64,000 bases of DNA, taken from assembly GCA_028534125.1 (NCBI GenBank), contig CM052816.1, positions 42,658,001-42,722,000 of the forward strand. Direction: 5' to 3'. Shown in pieces: positions 1 to 12,378 of the stretch. The notes beneath the pieces were generated by a model. It was not told the origin of the DNA. It made no database searches and saw only the letters and a program-made list of their open reading frames with translations. The translations under genes and the position numbers were made by a program. Source of the DNA: Lama glama. Taxonomy: Eukaryota. Within the stretch, counting starts at the first letter, position 1, and every line of letters starts with the position of its first letter.

Positions 1-997
1 GTAGCTGAATGAAACCTGACATGTTCACATGTTTTAGCAGCTGATTCTCTCTTACAAGCAAAATCCTACGTAGAATTCTAAGACTTAAGCAAATAAAAGT
101 GAGACTGCTCTGGATGAAGGTGGGAAGAAGGAGTCTAAGAAACTGCAAACACCAGCCTCTCCTCCTCCCTCCCTCCTGCCCCCACCCACTCCCGCTCTCT
201 GCCCCCACTTCACAAGACCTTCGGGCATCTCCAAGGAGGCTTCTCCGTTTAGAGTTTGGAGATACTTGACCAGGGGGTCTTTAATTTCCTTCTCCTTTTA
301 ACTTGATTATTCCTTGAGCTTATTCCATGTAATAACATGAGCAAGCCATTGTATCTAAGCTGACTGCTGTCTATTCTGATGACTATTCTATTTTCATTTT
401 CTTTCATCTTACGCAGCACTCAGCAGCTCACCCTTTGACTGGTTTTAATCTTCACAATTTACCTTAAAAAATCATATTACATATACTCTATGATCAGTAA
501 ATTTTTCAACACTCCTTGATCAATAAAAAATTGTTAATGCCAAGTAATATAACGAACCTACACAGACAGGTGATACCAGTACAATAGAACTATATATTAT
601 AAGGAATAAATTTTTCTTTATAAGAAAAAATTCTTAAGATCTGTACTTTTAAAATTTTGCTTCTGACTTAGGTGGTTAAAACCAAATCTCATTTAACACA
701 ACCAAATGCCATCTGAGGCCACTTTATCTCTCTACTTCAGAAAAAAAAAAAAGCACTTAAAAATGAATAGGAGCTATGAAACAATCGTTAGAAAATTTCT
801 TGTGTAACACAGGTCAAGCTTCTTACGTAACACAGGTTACTGTAAGTTAAAGTGTCCTCAATTATCACACTGCATATCCAAAAGGAATGTATTACACTGA
901 CTTATTTTTTAAAATCTACTATTCCTACAAATTAAGTCTCAAGTCTAAGAACAAAGAACATAAAGTCTTCTTTTCAAAACAGTAATTAGCCATCTAC

Positions 998-1094
998 CTG
1001 AAAGATCCTGAAATTCAGGCTTTTGACTGAAGATGAGGTAGTTAGTGGCAATGAAATGAAGTAGCCAGGTTGAGAGGCAATCAGAGTGGTGAAA
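998..1094 (-). CDS. RHOBTB3: RHOBTB3 exon 11 (penultimate)
   Basis: ctttgcag|TTT acceptor; FHHSDCLSTWLLHFIATNYLIFSQKPEFQDLS; CAG|gtagat donor; 97 nt. Confidence 0.96.
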
Positions 1095-1879
1095 CTGCAA
1101 AGAACAAAAACGGGAAGTGAAGCAATATTGTACGCAACGGCCATCGATATGAGGATTAGATGGTGAGAGTGGTCTGGGAGAACACAGGGAAGGCCCAATT
1201 CCATGTTTAATGTATCTGTACATGATGCAGCCTTCAGCCTACTCTGACAGCAGACAGGAGAAGGGGGCATTATGAACAAATAATGATAAAATCACATCAA
1301 TGAACAAACCAAATCAAATGAAGAACAATCTATGGCTGCCAGAGTGGCTGAACGTCTTTAAGCAGATGACAGGCCGCATCTGTGGGTAACAAAGACTATT
1401 TGATGTTCTTGAGGATTTCATTTAAGCCTTTAATCTAAGGTCATGGCCTTCACTAACTGCACTTGTATCTGTGCAGAAAGTAATCCAGCAGAGAGATTAT
1501 GGTTAGTAAAGGTATACACTTGGCCATATCTCAACAAGTTCACCTGAAGAGAAAACCAGAGAATATTTTGAGAAGGAAATGTCATCAACCTAAGGGTATG
1601 GGTTTCAATGTGTAAATCTTTCTATGAGAAGGTTATGTCTGAATAGTTGCTTTTAAGTGGGATGTACTATTACACACTGAGCAGGGTTTCCAGCACATTT
1701 ATCATCCTGAGTTCCAACAGCTAATGAAAGGGAAACTCAGAAACTTGGCCATGACATCATCACCTTGGTGCCAACCCAGTGACACTCACTAATCCATCTA
1801 ACCACTCAATTCAGATGACAGTAAGTTGCTGGCAGACAAACTTGGAACATGAATATAGTTCTTTTTATTACTATTGCAA

Positions 1880-2320
1880 TAAAGTATACACAACTCAAAA
1901 CTTATCATTTTAACCATCTTTAAGTGTACAGTTTGGTGGCATTAAGTACATTCACATCATTGTGCAACCATCACCACTATCTATTTCCAGAAATTTTTTA
2001 TCTACCCAAAGTGAAACTCTATACCCATTAAAAAAAATAACTCCTCTTTTCTCCTATTCTCAGTCTCTGTAACCACTATTCAATTGTCTCTCAATGGATT
2101 TGACTATTCCAGGTACCACATATAAATTAAATTATACAATGTTTGTTCTGTTTTGTCTGGTCTATTTTACCTAGCATAATGTCCTCAAGGTGCATCCATG
2201 TTGCAGCATGCTCTACAATTTCCTTTTTAAGGCTGAGTAATATTCCATTGCATTATGTACCACACTTTGTTTATTCTTCCATCTGTTGATGGACACTCAG
2301 GTTGTTTCCATCTTTAGGCT
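1880..2320 (-). mobile_element. L1MA/MB-type 3'UTR fragment
   Basis: aagtgtacagtttggtggcattaagtacattcaca...gtgcaaccatcaccac...ttgatggacactcaggttgtttcca. Confidence 0.8.
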
Positions 2321-3299
2321 AAATAAAGCTCTTTTAAGGACACTCAAAGATATTATATAAGCAATATTATGCTAAATTGAAAAAAGATTTGTAATCTCAA
2401 ATCTTAAGAAGGAAACTCAAGATTGTTCTTTTTAAAAGTTATAATGTGGGAACATTTTAACATGTAAATTCATAAGTCCCTCTGATTTTCATTACATAAA
2501 ATCAGAATTTTTGAGTTGTAAGAGACTTTATAGCTCATCTAAAACCACATCACATTTTAATAATCTTTTTTCACTTTATGTTTTAGCAGATGAATGTGAG
2601 TGATCTCAAGGGAACAGAGCAAGCATGTGTAGCTATTTTAACAGAAGCCACTGGAACTACTAGATGGTTAACGCAGAGCAGAAAACCTACCAACTGAAGG
2701 TGAGAACACTGCCTAAGGGCTGTGACTTCGAAAGAGAAGGGAGATCACAGAAATGAATAGCTGGCTACAAAAACATGGTTCAAATACAGAATTTTATTTT
2801 TGAACAAAATTTAAGATTTAATAACTGTGGGCTCTTGGCAAGTGATGATACATATCTCACTGGAAAAAGTATGTTTTTGGAAGAATATGTGCTGACTTGA
2901 AAAAACTTGTTTAAACTGAGATAAATAACAGAATTTAAAAAATACATTAAAAAAACCCCTATAAACAAAATGCTATAGCATTTAATAGCCCTATGAAGAA
3001 AATAATGATGGAGAAAGTACCCAAAAACTCATAAGGAAAAGATGAGAAACAAAACTGGTGACTGGAAGCAGCCAAATTTTAATGCACAGATTATAAGTAA
3101 GAAGTTGAGTTCAAAACTGTAATATGAGAGTAAATAAGACTTCATAGGAATCACCAAAGTTTGCCACATAGGGTCTAAAGGGGAGTAGAGATAAGGAAAT
3201 CTCTACCTAAATCTGAAGGCACTGATCTGGTTAAGGGGAAAAAAGCCTCTGCTGCATGTTAAGACTTCAACTTGATGGAAATATATGAACCTGAAAGTA

Positions 3300-4520
3300 G
3301 AACCATGGTAAAGAACTGAGAGAGGTTAGGGGAAAGTTCCAGCAGAAGTGAGAGAATACCAACACTGCTTATCTCTACCAAAGGTATGAATGATGCTTTC
3401 CTGATACACAATACAAGACTGGCAGAGATGATCGTGGGACTGGAAATTTCAATTACTCAGAGAGCTATGGGAAGTCTAATTCTGCCAAAAGACAGTTTCA
3501 CCTCCTAGAGGTCAGAGAAACAGTAACTGAAGTCTGACTAACCGATAAACTGGCTGGCAAAGTGGAACCTCAACCCCGGAACTTCAGAGACAATTGGGAA
3601 GAATATGATCCTGTTTCTGTGATTCATAATTGGAAAATGAGGGACCACCGGAACAGACTAAAGGAAAATTGGTAAATGTAAGCTTTATTTTAGCAAATAA
3701 AAGCCTTCAGAAACAAATAGTACAATTCAAGAAGAGCTGGTATCTCAGATTTTTTAAATTCAAGGGAAAAAATAAGGATAATCACATAGTCAGAAACCAC
3801 ACAATCAGGAAAAACAGATAAGGAAGAATTTCTGACAATACAATCATAAGTGACACTGATGAGGAACTGTGTGTATGTGTGTGCGTGTGCATGTGCATGT
3901 GTATGTGTGTGTGTGTCTGGAGTGGGGGGGGCACTTAGAGAAATCAATGCAACCATGCAGGAAGTTCCCTTATGCGTGAGTTATTTAAAAGGATACTACA
4001 AGATAGGGAAAGAGAAGCTTGAGTCCATTTTTCAAAGGCATGATAGACTTGTTAGAATGTATGAAAATGATACATCAAAAATGAACTGTTTGTGAAAATG
4101 AACTTTTTAGAAAGAATAAAAAAGAACTTTTAAACTAAATCTAGAGGGTAGCTATTAATCCCCAGGCTCAATGTAAATATATTACAAAGAGAGATCAGGG
4201 TTACTCAATTTCTTACTCGTTTTTTTTTCCTAATATTAAATACATATGATCTAATGACTTGATTGTGAGAGAAATGAACTCCAGAATAGTTAAGGAGTTT
4301 GTAAGAGAAGACTGAGATGCTTTAAATGATTTCCTTTTCATGCCTAGAAATAGATACATTGATTAATGACTTCATCACAGTGTAGAGGAAAGCTTTTAGC
4401 AGCCCCAGAGTCTATCCTTTGCCCCACTATGTGGCTCTATCTTAGCAACTTGGATGAAGACAAATTTGTCATATTTTCCTAATATTTCACAAAGTCCTGA
4501 TAGTCTGTAATGATGGATCA
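3300..4520 (+). mobile_element. Degraded CR1/L3 LINE ORF2 relic
   Basis: 3442 reads GNFNYSE (cf. endonuclease GDFNYPD); 4403-4458 reads PQ-SILCPTMWLYLSNLDE with a frameshift (cf. RT motif PQGSVLGPVLFNIFINDLDE). Confidence 0.5.
3868..3916. repeat. Imperfect (TG)n microsatellite
   Basis: tgtgtgtatgtgtgtgcgtgtgcatgtgcatgtgtatgtgtgtgtgtgt. Confidence 0.9.
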
Positions 4521-5192
4521 AATGCATTCCTGTGAAAAAGACTTAGAAGGCTCAGCGTGGTGCAAGCTCAGTACACATCACTGTGTTCCACAACCGCTCC
4601 AAGCCCCAAACCTGTCTTAGGGCGGGCAATGGAATGTAGACTAACTCCTCATACAATGGGACATTTCAACAAAAGGTGTTTGAAAGAATTGATGAAGGAC
4701 ATCAGTACTTCCTACAAACAACCAGAACTTCAAAACACGTTCATAAAATGAATGTATGAATGAATAAATGAATGAATGAACAAATAAATGAGTTCAGCCT
4801 AACCACCTCTATCAGTATGTATGCACCAATCCTGTCACTTTCCTTTCAGGAACCTTAAGGTGTGATCATTTGTAGGGGGAATCAATGTAAATTCTATTTC
4901 CTATAATGCCTATATGAAACAATACTGCACCACACTCAACTGACTCTAATGAGGGTCACTACTCACAGTTCAAAATTCTACTTCCTTAGAAAGGGACTGC
5001 TCAAAAACCCTATGCTTCAAATCATCTGACTGCAGAAAATGTTGTGAGGGCACATTTACCTGATTTAGCCAAACTTCCAAACTAAGACAAGCACTAATAT
5101 ATCTCTTAATAAACAGAAAACATTTTAACGTAATATAATTTTTTTGTAATTAAAAAAAAAAATCAAACAACCAGATACCCAGGGCCAATTAC

Positions 5193-5359
5193 CTTGGCTT
5201 TTTTGAGCAGGTCAACTATGTCGAGGTTCATAGACGCCAGCTCCCTGCTCGGCATGCTCTGCAGCTGGGTAATGATAAACAGCTCACAAATGTGCTGCAG
5301 TCTGGATACTTGGTACATCTCCGCACAGATCAGGAGACACATAGCCTGGAAAATGCCGG
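5193..5359 (-). CDS. RHOBTB3: RHOBTB3 exon 10
   Basis: tacatcag|CC acceptor; AGIFQAMCLLICAEMYQVSRLQHICELFIITQLQSMPSRELASMNLDIVDLLKKAK; AAG|gtaatt donor; 167 nt. Confidence 0.97.
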
Positions 5360-5719
5360 CTGATGTAGGAAGGGAGACAAGAGAAAATGGACAGTAAAAC
5401 CATTTCTTTTATGACCTAGAAACAAAACACCACCACAAAACAGAAACAAAAAAATGTCAACTGGATCATCCAGTGTAGAAGAGAATGCCTAGAAAAAGCC
5501 TTGAAGGAGTGAGTCAGCCTTCTCCATTTCAAAGCAAATTCATTCAAGCCTTCACACTCAGAAGTGAATCTGTTGTTGTTGTTTTTAATTCTCTAGAGAA
5601 GGAGATTCTACAATTGTTCTTAATAATCAATCCGAGGGCTGTCCAGCAGTTCTTCCTGGTAGCTATACCAGATCTTTGGAATTTTTCTTCTCCTGGCTTT
5701 AGTCCTCAGGTTTGTTAAT

Positions 5720-5925
5720 TTTGTTTTTATTGTGGTAAAATAAACAGAAAATTACCATTATTCATTTTTAACTGTAAAGTTCAGTGACATTAAGCACATT
5801 CACATTGTTGTGTAATCATCACCATTACATTTTTTAAAACTTTCTTCATCTTCCCCAACTGAAACTCTGTACCCATTAAGCGGTAACTCCCTTTTCCTCC
5901 TTCCCTCAACCCCTGGCAATCACCC
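5720..5925 (-). mobile_element. L1MB-type 3' end fragment
   Basis: ttcagtgacattaagcacattcacattgttgtgtaatcatcacc...gaaactctgtacccattaa. Confidence 0.75.
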
Positions 5926-7561
5926 AGGCTTTTCTGTTTGTTTGTTTAACACTTCTCTATAAGCCTGATTTTTTCATGTAATTCCTTCATATCCTTCCCT
6001 AAATTCCTTGCCTTTTCTGTAGATAGAAACCAAGAATAGTGTGTATGATAAATATTTAACATAACAGACTACTCTCCTTTCTGCAATTTTCCCAGTGCAA
6101 ATATTCCAATATCCAGCTTAACTTTTTGATTGTTCATTCTGACTCATCTTCCCTGGCACCTTCACCTGTTACCAGTTTTTAAAGTGTTTTGTCTTAAAGC
6201 TACTGTTACTTTTCTGAGCATTTTTCTAATTAGCAAGATAAAACAAAAGTCAAAGCTTCAATTACTCTTGTCAGAGAATGACCGAAAAACTAAATTTTCT
6301 TATTATTCTAAATTTTAAAATGTAATATACATATTTGCCAGTACTGAAATAATAAAATACACAATAACACATATTCTGATGAGAATCAATACTTTCATTT
6401 TTTATTAAGCAGAAATGATAAGCCAGTCTTTAACACAAACAGTAAAAACTGTAACTAGCTCCAAAATACTCCATAGCTAGCTGCAAGACCAGAATTAATT
6501 CAATTAAAAGAAGAATCTTCTGTTTTGGAACTACTAAAACTTTTCCCTTGAGGGCTCATGACTTGTTTAAAACTTACGAGATTTCAATAGCAAACATCGG
6601 AAATCTTCCAAATCTAAAAATTAAAGCAGTAAACTTGAAAGAGACGTATGGTCTGAAATGTGTACTTTCTTTTATATTTGCTAGGGTTGCCTGGTTGAGT
6701 TATCAAGGTCGCAGGCTCCTGGACTAAGTAAGCCACCACGGGCTTATTCTAGTTGTGTTTGTGCTGGGAGCCATCTGGTGGCCAAAGGATAAAGACTAAT
6801 TAAAGGAGGCCTCCATGCCTGCATCCCAAGGCTACAGGCCTGTAGAAAGGATTCTATAATTTCTCCAAAGAGCCTCCGGATACAGGAAACCTGCAAAATG
6901 TTCCAACCTGCAGCTACTATAGAGAGTTCCTGGTCAAAGACAGTCCCTAGGTCAGTGAATAGGGAAATAAATCCTACAGTCCATTAGGCATTTGGAACCA
7001 TTTAGGGGAGGTTTTTAGAGAAGTCACCTTTAGGGAGTCTGACTCTAGGAGAAGTGAGAAAAAGGCCTTTAAAAAACCCAGATCCTCTGGGCCAGAGGGA
7101 TGACCAAGGGAATCTTGGAATACTGAAATACCTTACAAGTGCCTCCATCAGAAGTCAGAGCCATAAAAGCATCTGCCCAACCCTCTTCTCACGAAAGGGA
7201 TAGTGTTCCAAGGAGCCCTCTGCCCCAGTCTGTAGAACTGGAGTAGCCACTTGGTACCATGAGACACTTCCACTTCCAGGGTACCCGCGGTGAGCGCCAT
7301 GCTGCTGGTGCTGGCTGGGACATGTGAACTTACACCAGGGTCAGAGAGCCCCAGAGAGATACCCAATCACTGCTTTTCCACTTGAACTGACTGAAAATTC
7401 ACTGCTGCACCAATATAACCTCCACCTGCTTTAGCACATTCCATGATGTCAGCTCTCATAAACCGTAAACGAAAACAGATTTCATAGAAAGCAATTTCTC
7501 CAAACAGGCTATTAGGAAAGAAAGGTTTATGAGATACTATCTAACATTTCTAGCTGCTCAC

Positions 7562-7735
7562 CTGGACAACAGGAGTCTGTGTATAGGTATTCTAAGAATG
7601 ACAAGAAAGTCTCTTTGGAAACACCATAAACTGGAATCAGAACACTCTTTGCTTCCATGTAATTCCCATTAAACATGGCTGCCATCACTTCACAGCGGGC
7701 CACCAGGATGGCCCTGTGGGCTGGCACCGTCGTAC
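7562..7735 (-). CDS. RHOBTB3: RHOBTB3 exon 9, second BTB domain
   Basis: ccttacag|GT acceptor; GTTVPAHRAILVARCEVMAAMFNGNYMEAKS...FLEYLYTDSCCP; CAG|gtgagc donor; 174 nt. Confidence 0.97.
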
Positions 7736-10700
7736 CTGTAAGGTTCAAACGGGAAGTAAAGCTGAGTAAGATAAACTTGCAGAGTTACAGTTCTAGCAAT
7801 TTCTCTCCTAATTAGAATGGTATTGCATTAGGTACAGCCAAGCTGATATTAAAAAACCAAATTTTCAGGTGATAAACAGCATTAATTCAGACTTTTTAGC
7901 TTTTAAATAAACTGAAAAACTGAGAGTTCAAAAGTAGACTGTAAAACCAACACTTTACAAGTCAGGAAACTATTTTTTCCTTAGTTTTTTTTTCCCTTAG
8001 TTTTTTATTTCCTGAATACAGAAACACTGAAATGAAATATTCTGCTTCATGTTTTTATCATGAAACATCTATTCTTTCCAACTGGCTTGAAATACCACCA
8101 TCCACCCCTGTCCACGTGCCTCTCAAGAAAACACAGCCATTACTCTTCTTAGCCAAATGCACTTTCCTTTATTAGAAACAGGAAAATGCAGGAAGTAAAT
8201 CATCCTTAGGCTAAGCAGTTTATACATAACAGCAGAAATGGCAAGGGAATCTCTTATGGGGCCAAGAGGAACATTTCAGACTTTATGGGAAATTTGGAAG
8301 GGGATAACCTAGTCCCCTGCTTTCTCCCCATCATACTACTGCCTCAGGGAGCCTCTTTCCTAAATGAACAATGCCTGCTTCTTGGGAGAGCCAGAGCTGC
8401 TTTAAATTTTAAAGATCCCTCAGTCTATACCCCTCACTGAAACTCATTCAACTAAACTGACTCTCTAGTGAAAACTTGCTAAGCTCTCCAGCTACTGCGC
8501 CACCCACCAAGGCAGTGCCAGATGGGACACACGTGGGCCTGGGACTCAGGGCAGAGAAACAGTTCTCTCCACACCCACCCCCTCAGGAAACCACGAAGCC
8601 ACAGCCACCTTCAGTTCAGTCTAGATTAGATCAACACCATCATCAAGCATCCACCACTTGCCAGTCACTATGTTTGGTACTGAAGGTACAAAGATAACAA
8701 AGATGGAGCTACCCTGCTTTGGAGCAGCCAAGCTTTTTATTTGGAAGAAGACATCACAGCCAGTATGAGTGACAAAACTGCCTCCTTTCAGAAAGTAACT
8801 CTATGAGCCAGACCACTCTGCTCTGCCCAAGTGTGCATCCCTAAAATCTTGTACTTCTCAGGTGCATATGTCCTCTAAAATATTTACAATTATTGGGTTC
8901 TTCACCCTCTTTAAATCCAATCAAAACATCTTCCAGCTCAGAAAAGAAGAAAAAAGTTCTATGTAAGCCCAGTGACTTTCTCCAAAACCAGTAAGTCCCT
9001 CAGGATCCATAAGCAACATCCGACAGTGCCAGTTCTGAGCTCACTGCTTGGCACTGTCATCTGCACAGGCGCACCTCCTATAGGAGCAGGGAGAAGCTGC
9101 ACACCTCCTAGCAGGCAGCTTTCCCTCTGCCTTTAGGTTGCCTATCCTCAGTGTTACAGTGTCCATCGCTGAGAGACAACCAGTTTCCATAACCAAAGCA
9201 TGCTGGATATATCTGTATACAGCAATTAACAAAGAATTTAAACAGGTTGCATTCTGCCTTGTAATTTTAAGGTTTTAAAATCTCATACAGGGAACTATGA
9301 GAAAAAGAAAAAGGAAATAAAAAGTATTGCTAAAACAAACCAGATAACGTATCATTTGGGTTAAAATTGGCCAAAAATATCTAGTAGATAGTAGTAGATG
9401 GGGAAGAAATTTATAAGTAACCTTGAAATTTTAAGAGAAATTTTCCATTGATAATGTGGTTAGAAGAGTTACAAAACCAGCAGCAAAATGCTCAGTACCA
9501 TAAAGCATTTTCAAAGCCCATTTCAAGCTTGGAATTTAGTCTGAAAAACAATTATACCTCCAGTCAAAAAAACAACAATGTCTGTTTCTTACCTTTTCAA
9601 ACTACTATTTTGGTGTTATAAATTGTTCTACTGTGAGACTGTAATAAAAATATCTCAGCATAATTACATTTTAAAACACTGTATATAAATTGTATAAATG
9701 TATAAGCAGTATACAAAACATGCTGAATGGAAATAATGCAGTGATTACGAACTCAATAACAATAGGAAAGAACTGAGGATTTACTGGGGGGAAAAGAGCA
9801 ACTTTCTAGTTAAAAGATAAACATGTCCTTTGGAAATGTTAAGGCCTACAGTAACGTTCCTTTGTAGTATTTAATTGCTGTTACAGTTTTTAAAGAATTT
9901 TTTTTAAGGAAAAATATTTTAAGAGTGAAACAAAATTCAAAAGCCCAAGTTTTCTAGTAACTTTGCATTGATTATCAAAGGTCTTTATTTTTGTTATATA
10001 CTAAAATAAAATTTGTCATACCTTCTTCACATTACTTGTCAAGTTTAAAAAATGAAATTCTTAGAATTATTTTGTTTTATTCTGAAAACAGGAAACTTGC
10101 CTAGCTCGAGAGAGATCTAGAATATGTACTATCTAAGTGAACAGGACAGAATGTAATTCTGTAAAAGTGTTTTTCACAAGGCACAGATTCAAATGTCAAA
10201 AGGAAACATATCTTTCTATATCAGATCCAAAAGTTTACCAAGACTAGTTTTAGAACTGCTATTTTTTTTTTTAGATTACTTAATGGAAAAAGATACAAAC
10301 CCAAACAACAAATTGGTGGTGGTAGTAAAAAATATATATATGTATCTGCATAAGTGTATATTTGATGACTATTCATTTCAAGGGTAGTAAATAGGTTTTA
10401 TATCCCATGGCAACTCCAGCCAGCTGTTGGTGATGCCTGGAACATTTTAAAAAAAGAATTTGCTGTGGCTCTGGGTTCAGCAGGAAAAGGTGCAGTGATC
10501 CACCAGTGTTGGCTGCCATTGTAGGGGGAGGGGAGGGGAAGGGAATCTGCCCATCAGGCCTCTATATACACCTTCATATGCAGCATCTCCATCGCCATGA
10601 CCACTCTCCCAGGTAGAAACAAGTATTGCCCTTTCATAGGTGAGGAAACAAAGGATCAGGATGTAACATGACACAGCCAAACCTATTATACAGTAAATAC

Positions 10701-12130
10701 GTATCCCAACAAGATCCCAGCCAGGTCTTTCGCTACCATCTCATCAAACTTAATACGAAAAAGGACCTTTTAGAATCTACACGGTTCACTTTCTTCACTT
10801 CGCAAATGAGAAGACTCAAGGCCAGAAATCTTCTGGACTTGACCAAGGACACACACTGGTTGGAATGCAAAGCCAAAGCTAGATCTGTGGCATCAGCACA
10901 GGCATACAAAGAGCCCTTGTACATCCAGCCTCTGTAAAGGCGGGGACTGTAAGCAGGCGCCTGCAAAGGGTCAGTAGGTGGAATCACGGAAGAAAAGCAA
11001 GAGACTGTGAGGTAGGAGTCTCCACACCACTGCATGTTTTTTTTCCCTTAATATAACATATTTTCACATGTTACATATTCCCTTTGAAAATCTTTTCAGT
11101 AGGTTATGTTAACATAACATTTGGTGTTGGTGCTTTCCATGCAAATTATAAGCAAATTTGGTCTCTTGTGAGCTTTCTTTTTCCAAGTCATTTTTTACAT
11201 AATTTCAAGCTCACTCACTATCCTATTCTCAGTGGCCCACACTCACAATGCAGCTACTGACAGTAGCCTATCCAAAGGCATCCTGGAAAATTTCCAATTC
11301 ACTGTTTATCTTGGCAAGTGATCAAAGTTAAAAGTAAAACAAATCCTTGTGGGGAAATTTTTAAAAAAGTAAATGACTGTTAACTACCATACATTTCCAC
11401 CATAAAATTAAATTATTATCTTCCTTTCAGTAACAGCCCACCTGAAACTCCACTTAATTCATCTGAAACAGCTCCTTCTAGCCTTCCTGCACAATTGAAG
11501 GTATCAAACAATTCATTTTTAAGATTATGCTTTCAATCTATCAAAGTGACAAAATTATCCAAGCAAATAATCAATAATGGGCATGAAAACAGCTCATCTT
11601 TATTAAAATTAGGTAGCACTACTTTCCCACAGAGATAAAAAGCAGCTCTCAGCTGCGCTGGTGATAATTCTCAGAGTGCTGTGAGGAGTAAATGTAGCAA
11701 TATCCATGGAGGCCTGATGTGAGCCAGGCATGACCCTCAACCAGAGTAGTTCCTTGTGCTCAGTTAGAAAGGAAGAGAGCTGCAAAAATAAACTAAAGGT
11801 AATAGGGGGCTGATTTCATTTGATTTAAAAACTAGGATCTTAAAGAAATACATGAAAATATACAATGGGGTGATATTACAGATCACCTCACCCCTTGCTA
11901 GTTCCTAAAAGCTAATTAAGCACTGGGTAAGGGGAAAAAAAAACGAAGGAAAATATACATTTCTTTGCTTATTTTAATAAAATATTTTACTTCCCTAGAA
12001 AATTTTTGTAGAAACTCAAGCAGTGTTAATCTACATCCTACAATAAAGAATAGTCATTCCTTCACCCAAAATATTCAAAGCTGAAATAGAAAGTTAGGTA
12101 AGAAAACAAGAAATAAAAGTGAATGATGAA

Positions 12131-12219
12131 GGGGGTGAATATAGCTCAGTGGTATGTCCTAGGTTCAATCCACAGTACCTCCATTAAATAAAAAAATTTT
12201 TTTAGAAAGAATTTGAAAA
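12131..12219 (+). mobile_element. tRNA-derived SINE (camelid Vic-1-like), internally deleted, with 16-bp TSD
   Basis: A-box-like tagctcagtggt, B-box-like ggttcaatcc, A-rich tail; aaaagtgaatgatgaa at 12115-12130 and 12220-12235. Confidence 0.85.
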
Positions 12220-12257
12220 AAAAGTGAATGATGAACTGTGTAAAAATTGAACCATAC

Positions 12258-12378
12258 CTTGTATTTCGAAGACAACATCAGCAAGCATTGGTTTATTAAG
12301 GAAGAACTTGAGGGAAGTGTTATAGAACCACAGAGGTTTTCTGGCTTGATAGGTTTTGCAGTTCCTTAGGCAATTAAA
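12258..12378 (-). CDS. RHOBTB3: RHOBTB3 exon 8, start of second BTB domain
   Basis: ccttatag|TTT acceptor; FNCLRNCKTYQARKPLWFYNTSLKFFLNKPMLADVVFEIQ; AAG|gtatgg donor; 121 nt. Confidence 0.96.

Noticed and set aside
12131..12180. tRNA-like A/B boxes as a tRNA gene
   Set aside because: No cloverleaf; the A-rich tail and TSD identify it as a SINE.
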